The position numbers were made by a program, and so were the translations under genes. The notes beneath the pieces are model-generated. The model searched no databases. It saw only the letters and a list, made by a program, of their open reading frames with translations, and had not been told where the DNA came from. Positions 58,735 to 64,000 of a DNA stretch of 64,000 bases are shown one piece after another. Each line of letters begins with the position of its first letter. Within the stretch, counting starts at the first letter, position 1. The DNA is from Myxococcota bacterium (GTDB taxonomy: Bacteria > Myxococcota_A > UBA796 > UBA2385), in the NCBI GenBank assembly GCA_044344255.1, contig JBIJDH010000022.1, positions 32,001 through 96,000 on the forward strand. Direction: 5' to 3'.

Positions 58735-59715
58735 ATGCACGCCACCGACGCCGACCCGCCCTCCGCCCTCCGCGTCGCGATCACGGGGGCCACGGGCTTC
58801 CTCGGCGGGCACACCACCCTCGCCCTCCAAGCGGCGGGGCACACGGTCACCGGGGTGGTGCGACGACCGGAGGCCGGGGGCTGGCTCTCGGAGCGGGGCG
58901 TGGCGCTGCGGTCTGCCGACCTCCGCGACGAGGCCTCGCTCCGCCGCGCCTTCGAGGGCTGCGCGGTGGTGGTCGCCAACGCCGCGATGAGCTCCTACAC
59001 CGGCAGCCTCGAGGAGATGGTGCGCACCAACGTGTCGGGCACCGAGGCCACGCTGCGGGCCGCCGCCGCGGCGGGTGTAGAGCGGGTGGTCTACATCTCC
59101 ACGGTCGGCCTCTATGAGACCACCACCCGGCACCCGATGGGCGAGGATCAGCCCCGCTACGGCCCGGTCAAGCGGTGGTTCGCCTGGTCACACCTGACGA
59201 CCGACTGGCGCTACTCGGTGTCGAAGGGCCTCGCGGAGGACCGCGCCTGGGCGGTGGCGGCCGAGCTCGGCCTGAGGGTGACGGTGCTGCGCCCCGGGCC
59301 CATCTACGGCTCGCGCGACCCCAAGTGGACCGCCCGCCTCCTCCGCCAGCACGCGCGGCGCGTCACCTTCGCCCCCACGCTCGGGGTGCCGCTCATCCAC
59401 GCCGGGGACGTGGCCGCCTGCGTGGTCGCCGCGGTGGAGCGCCCGGGCTGCGCCGGTCGCCCGTACAACATCGCCGGGCCGCCGGTCTCCCCCTACACCG
59501 CCCTCCGCCTGCTGCGGGCCTTGAGCGGGCGGGGGCCGCTCCTCATCCCGGTGCCGGTCCCCCTCTCGGTCCGCTACGACACCCGCGCCGCCGAGGTCGC
59601 CCTCGGCCTCCGCTGCCGGAGCCTCGAGGCGGGCCTCCGTGAAGTGCTGGAGCCGCTCCCCGCCGCCCCGCGACCGGGCGGGGCCGTTGGACCAAACCAA
59701 GCGCGGCAGCTATAA
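58735..59715 (+). CDS. NAD-dependent epimerase/dehydratase (extended SDR)
   Basis: ITGATGFLG, NVSGT, YIST, YSVSK, LRPGPIYG. Confidence 0.9.
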   Translation: MHATDADPPSALRVAITGATGFLGGHTTLALQAAGHTVTGVVRRPEAGGWLSERGVALRSADLRDEASLRRAFEGCAVVVANAAMSSYTGSLEEMVRTNVSGTEATLRAAAAAGVERVVYISTVGLYETTTRHPMGEDQPRYGPVKRWFAWSHLTTDWRYSVSKGLAEDRAWAVAAELGLRVTVLRPGPIYGSRDPKWTARLLRQHARRVTFAPTLGVPLIHAGDVAACVVAAVERPGCAGRPYNIAGPPVSPYTALRLLRALSGRGPLLIPVPVPLSVRYDTRAAEVALGLRCRSLEAGLREVLEPLPAAPRPGGAVGPNQARQL

Positions 59716-62631
59716 ATGCCCCCGGACGGCGACGCCTCGGCGAGAGACCCCCGCCGCCCTCGACGCCCCCCCATAGGCGCCCCCCTCCGCACGGGTCCCA
59801 CCGGAATGGCCCTCCTCCCGCCCTCTCCCTCGCTGACCGAGCACCTCTCCCTACAGTCCAAGGTCGGTGAGGGCCGCCTGGGCGCGGTCTGGCGGGCCTT
59901 CCACCGGGAGACCGGCCAGCCCGTCGCCCTCCGCGTCGTCTCGGACGCCGGGCTGGTCGATGACCGCCTCCGCCTCGCCTGGTGGCGAGAGATCCGCCAG
60001 GGCCTGACCACGCTCCACCCCTACCTCTGCACCACCTACGGCGGCGGTGTGCTCTCCGCCGACGACGCCCGGCGGACGCGGCTGCCCGAGGGCTCCCTGT
60101 GGATGGCGACCGAGTGGCTCGAGGGGCCCTCCCTGTACGGGCAGCGGCTCCCCACGCTGGAGGCCGCCCCCATCATCTCGGCGGTCCTCCGCGGCCTCGC
60201 CCACCTGCACGCCCGTGGCCTCCGCCACGGCGCCGTGCGCCTCGCCAACCTCCGCCGCCCGGGCCCCGGCGCCTTGCCGCGCCTCTGTGACGCCGGCATG
60301 GACCGAATCGAGGCGGTCATCCACGAGGGCGGCGACCTCGGCAGCATCCAGGGCCCCGTGCTGACCGACCTCCAGGCGACGGCCGAGCTCGTCGCCAACC
60401 TCATCCCGAGCCCGCGCAGCCCGGCGATCGAGCAGTGGATCACCACCGCCCGCGGCAGCCGCAGCCGACGGCCGTTCACCCACGCCGCCGACGCCCGCCT
60501 CGCCTGGGAGGCCGCCGTGGGGCCAGCCGGCCGAGCGCCCGACCGCAGCAGCCGCTCCCTGCCACGGCCGCTCCGCCTCGGGAGCCAGGAGCGCCCCTGG
60601 CCCTTGATCGGCCGGAAGACCGAGCAGGACGCGCTCATCGCCGCGCTCCGCCGCGTCCGCGCCGAGGGGCGGCCCCGGGCCGTCGTCGTCCTCGGCGCGC
60701 CCGGCGTGGGTCGCACCGCGCTCGTCCACGCGCTCTCCGTTCAGTCCGACGAGCAGGGCTTCGCGCGCTCCCTCATCGCCTTCCACGGCCCGATCACGAC
60801 GCGCTCGCACGGCCTCACCGGCATGATCGCGCGCTTCCTCGCCACCGACGGCATGGCCCCGCCCCTCTCCACCATCCGCGCCGAGTCCCGCCTCGCTGAC
60901 CTCGGCATCGAGGAGGAGATGATCCGGCGCTTCGTCCCGATGTGGGTGGAGGACGGGCGCGGCGCGATGCCCGTGAGCCCGGTCGAGCAGACCGACCTCC
61001 TGCTCAGCCTCATCAGCCGCCTCGCCGCCGACAAGCCCGTCGTCATCCGCCTCGACGAGGCCCACTGGAGCCTCGAGGCCCTCGACTTCGCCGAGCAGCT
61101 CCTCTCCCGCGCCGGTGAGCTCAACCTGCCGGTCCTCCTGCTCATCACGGTTCGCTCCGATCTCCTCTCCAAGCGGCCCGCCGAGGCCGAGCGGGTCGAC
61201 CGCCTCCGCGCCCGCCCCGAGTGTGAGACGCTCGTGCTCGAGCCCCTCGATGCGGAGGCCCAGAAGGGCATCCTCGAGGAGCTGCTGCTGTTCAGCGGGC
61301 CCACCGCCCGGCGGCTCTCCGAGGCCGCGCAGGGGAGCCCCCTCTACCTCCACGCGCTCGTGGCCGAGCTCCGCCGCCAGGGGGCGCTCACCCAGCAGAT
61401 CAGCGGCACCTGGGCCCGCGTGGACGACTCCGCTCCCCTGCCCGCCGATCTCGCCCAGATCTGGGAGCAGCGCCTCTCCCATCTCCTCGACGAGCTCGCC
61501 CCCGATCAGTCCGACGCCGTTGAGCTCGCCGCGGTCCTCGGCGGCCTGGTCGACCCCCACGAGTGGCGAGAGGTCTGCGCCAATGAGGGGGTCTCGGTAG
61601 ACCCCGGCCTCGCCGAGATGCTGCTCCACCTCGACCTCGCCACCCCCCTCTCCCGCGGCGCGCCGGGGGCCTGGTACTTCAGCCACGGCCTCGTCGTCCG
61701 CGCGATCATCCACCGCGCCGTGCGCCGCGGCAAGCTGGCCGACCACCACCGCGCCGTCGCCCGCACCCTCGAGGCGCAGGTCGAAGACAAGAGCCCCCTC
61801 CGTCAGCTCCGGCGCTTCCGACATCGCCTCGCCGCCGGTGAGCTCGACGCCGTCTTCCCGGCCGCCCTCCGCCAGGCCCGCGACCACCTCACCGGCGGGC
61901 TGCTCCGCCCGGGCCTCGAGCTCACCGACCTCCTCTCCCGCGCGGTCGAGGCCACCGAGGGGCCGAAGCAGGCCGAGCGCCGCGCCTGGATCCAGACCCT
62001 CCTCGCCGAGGCCCGCCTCGTAGAGGGCCGCCCCGACGAGGCCGCCATCCTCCTGCACCGCACCGAGATCACGGCGCGGGCCCAGGGCTGGACCCACCTC
62101 CTCGTGCTCACCCTGCTGCTGCGGGTTCGGGCCGACCGCGCCGACCGTGACGGCGACGCAGCGCGGGAGCGCCTCGCCGAGGCCGACCGCCTCCTCCAGC
62201 CCTCCGGCCCCTCCTGGCTCCGCGCCCGCACCCGCATGGCGGCGGCGCGCCAGGCCATGGCCCACGAGGACTGGGAGCAGGCCGCCGACGAGCTCGCCGA
62301 GGCCATCCCCCTCTGGGAGGAGGCCGGCGAGGCGACCGGCCTCGGCCAGTGCTGGCTCGACCTCTCCCGCCTCGCCTGGGTGGGCGGAGACCCCGCCGCG
62401 GCTCGCCGCTGGCGAGAGGCGGCCCAGCGCCACTTCGAGGCCTCCGGCGCCTGGCTGGGCCTCGCCGAGGTGCGCACTGTGGCGGGAGATCAGCTCCGCC
62501 TGCAGGGCGACCTCGCCGGGGCCCGGGCCTCCTACGCCGCCGCCCTCCGCCTCGCTGACACCATTGGGATCCCGGGCCTCTTCGAGGCGGAGGTCGGCCG
62601 CGCCCTGCTGGCCCTGTCTTCCGCAGAGTGA
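59716..62631 (+). CDS. Pseudokinase-AAA ATPase-TPR multidomain protein (start could be 59806)
   Basis: Kinase-like GEGRLGAVW, VALR, HGAVRLANL, DAG. LIGR..E, GAPGVGRT, LDEAHW, GSPLY. C-terminal TPR-like helices. Confidence 0.8.
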   Translation: MPPDGDASARDPRRPRRPPIGAPLRTGPTGMALLPPSPSLTEHLSLQSKVGEGRLGAVWRAFHRETGQPVALRVVSDAGLVDDRLRLAWWREIRQGLTTLHPYLCTTYGGGVLSADDARRTRLPEGSLWMATEWLEGPSLYGQRLPTLEAAPIISAVLRGLAHLHARGLRHGAVRLANLRRPGPGALPRLCDAGMDRIEAVIHEGGDLGSIQGPVLTDLQATAELVANLIPSPRSPAIEQWITTARGSRSRRPFTHAADARLAWEAAVGPAGRAPDRSSRSLPRPLRLGSQERPWPLIGRKTEQDALIAALRRVRAEGRPRAVVVLGAPGVGRTALVHALSVQSDEQGFARSLIAFHGPITTRSHGLTGMIARFLATDGMAPPLSTIRAESRLADLGIEEEMIRRFVPMWVEDGRGAMPVSPVEQTDLLLSLISRLAADKPVVIRLDEAHWSLEALDFAEQLLSRAGELNLPVLLLITVRSDLLSKRPAEAERVDRLRARPECETLVLEPLDAEAQKGILEELLLFSGPTARRLSEAAQGSPLYLHALVAELRRQGALTQQISGTWARVDDSAPLPADLAQIWEQRLSHLLDELAPDQSDAVELAAVLGGLVDPHEWREVCANEGVSVDPGLAEMLLHLDLATPLSRGAPGAWYFSHGLVVRAIIHRAVRRGKLADHHRAVARTLEAQVEDKSPLRQLRRFRHRLAAGELDAVFPAALRQARDHLTGGLLRPGLELTDLLSRAVEATEGPKQAERRAWIQTLLAEARLVEGRPDEAAILLHRTEITARAQGWTHLLVLTLLLRVRADRADRDGDAARERLAEADRLLQPSGPSWLRARTRMAAARQAMAHEDWEQAADELAEAIPLWEEAGEATGLGQCWLDLSRLAWVGGDPAAARRWREAAQRHFEASGAWLGLAEVRTVAGDQLRLQGDLAGARASYAAALRLADTIGIPGLFEAEVGRALLALSSAE

Positions 62632-64000
62632 GTGAAGAGCCGCAAGACGCCGGTCCCCTGGCGCCCGGCGCTGAGCTCGGCCGCTTCCGCGTGGTGGAGC
62701 TCGTGGGGGAAGGCGCGATGGCGCGGGTGTACCGGGTGCGCCACCGCGCCCTCAGCACCGAGCACGCCGTCAAGCTGCTGCGGAGCGCCGATCCGTCCCT
62801 CCGCCAGCGCCTCCTCCAGGAGGCCCGTGTCCAGGCGCGCATCCGCCACGACCACGTCGTCGCGGTCACCGACGTCCTCGAGCACGAGGGCCTGCCCGCC
62901 ATTGTCATGGAGTACGTGGCCGGCCGCTCGCTCGACCGCCGTCTCCACGAGGACGGCCCGCTGCCGCTCGACGTGGCCCGCCGTGTCTTCTCCGAGGTGC
63001 TCGACGCGGTGGGCGCCGCCCACGCGGCGGGCGTGCTCCACCGCGACCTCAAGCCGGGCAACGTCCTCCTCGCGGAAGAGGGCGAGCGCCTCATCGCGAA
63101 GGTCACCGACTTCGGCATCGCCAAGCTCGTCGCGGCCCCGGTCCGCGCCGACGAGACCCGCCACGGCGCCGCGATGGGCACCCCCGGCTACATGGCCCCC
63201 GAGCAGTGGGCCGACGCCCACTCTGTCGACGTCCGGGCCGACGTCTTCGGGCTCGGCGCGCTCTTCTACGAGTCGCTGACCGGCAAGACCCCCTTCGTCG
63301 GTCCGAGCCTCTTTACGGTGATGAAGCGCACCCTCGCGGGCGAACACGCGCCCCTCCGCGAGGGGCGCCCGGACTGCCCCCCCGCGCTGGCGGAGGCCAT
63401 CGAGCGGGCCCTTCGCCCCTCCCCCGAGGCGCGGTACCCCGACGTCGCCGCCTTCCGTCGGGCGCTCGAGGCCGCGTGGACCCAGCCCGACGTCCCCACC
63501 GAGGCCCCCGCCACGGCCCCCGAGCCCGTGGCCGAGACACCCCAGCCTGAGACCCTCCAGCCTGAGACACTCCAGCCCGAGGCGCTCGAGCCCGAGGCGC
63601 TCGAGCCCGAGCCACCCCAGCCCGAGCCTCCCGCTCGCGCGCGCCGGCCGCGCAGCCCGCTTTGGCTGGGCCTCTTTGTGCTGCCGATCGGGCTGTTGGT
63701 CTTCGCCGGCCTCTCCGCCGCCGGGGTCGCCGCCTGGTGGTGGAAGGGGGCGAGCCCGGTCCGCCGAGCCGCCGAGCCGATCGAGCCTCCCCCACCCCTC
63801 GCAGCGCCCGCGCCCCCAACCCCGGTGGTCTTCATCCCCGCCGGTGAGCTCCTCCAAGGTGAGGCCGGCCGCCCGGTGAGCGTCGCCGCCTTCCAGCTCG
63901 ACCGTTGGGAGCTGAGCGTGCTCCGTTACGACGAGTGCCACGCCGCCGGGGCCTGCAGCCGGCTCGCCGGCCCCGCTCCCACCTCCACCGAGCTGCCCGC
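62628..64000 (+). CDS. Membrane Ser/Thr protein kinase, probably with a C-terminal FGE-like domain, 3'-truncated
   Basis: GTG 62628 overlaps the previous stop. GEGAMARVY, AVK, HRDLKPGN, DFG, GTPGYMAPEQ, Pro/Glu linker, TM, then VFIPAG...V.V.AFQLDRWE. Confidence 0.88.
   Translation, partial: MSEEPQDAGPLAPGAELGRFRVVELVGEGAMARVYRVRHRALSTEHAVKLLRSADPSLRQRLLQEARVQARIRHDHVVAVTDVLEHEGLPAIVMEYVAGRSLDRRLHEDGPLPLDVARRVFSEVLDAVGAAHAAGVLHRDLKPGNVLLAEEGERLIAKVTDFGIAKLVAAPVRADETRHGAAMGTPGYMAPEQWADAHSVDVRADVFGLGALFYESLTGKTPFVGPSLFTVMKRTLAGEHAPLREGRPDCPPALAEAIERALRPSPEARYPDVAAFRRALEAAWTQPDVPTEAPATAPEPVAETPQPETLQPETLQPEALEPEALEPEPPQPEPPARARRPRSPLWLGLFVLPIGLLVFAGLSAAGVAAWWWKGASPVRRAAEPIEPPPPLAAPAPPTPVVFIPAGELLQGEAGRPVSVAAFQLDRWELSVLRYDECHAAGACSRLAGPAPTSTELP
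63534..63623 (+). repeat. Coding 15-bp tandem repeat (6 copies)
   Basis: GAGACACCCCAGCCT-like units encoding ETPQP/ETLQP/ETLQP/EALEP/EALEP/EPPQP. Confidence 0.85.

Overview
Very GC-rich bacterial DNA. The eukaryote-like Ser/Thr kinases, FGE-domain fusions, sigma-54 regulation and many lipoproteins suggest a Myxococcota/deltaproteobacterial-like organism (inference). I see no rRNA, tRNA, CRISPR array or transposase. Four things stand out. (1) A ~13 kb multiheme-cytochrome locus (19352-32242) with 66 counted heme-binding motifs. It combines an OmcA/MtrC-type decaheme lipoprotein with a translationally coupled 9-gene operon (octaheme, repeat-built decaheme, putative beta-barrel, heptaheme, diheme, octaheme, NHL-propeller/15-heme fusion, 50-aa membrane peptide, NapC/NirT-like hexaheme). 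This is a candidate complete quinol-to-surface extracellular electron transfer conduit with no MtrA/MtrB. (2) A lower-GC three-gene island (48535-52512: ABC/AAA ATPase, TOPRIM-like protein, DUF262 protein) that looks like a Menshen/PARIS-related anti-phage system. (3) A sigma-54 circuit: two consensus -24/-12 promoters (before a rhodanese/TauE/YeeE sulfur operon and before a sigma-70 factor gene) share a GTTGCA-N3-TGCAAC palindrome that also lies upstream of a PAS-type enhancer-binding protein gene. (4) A hairpin-rich non-coding stretch behind a sigma-70-like promoter (32290-32660) that may be a structured RNA. The rest is housekeeping/accessory: GMC oxidoreductases, NUDIX, SUV3-like helicase, AlkC-like glycosylase, vanadium-haloperoxidase fusion, LigB dioxygenase, NnrU, DAACS transporter, amine oxidase, Cpx-like two-component set, MutH and kinases. 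Start codons were chosen by eye and no database searches were run.
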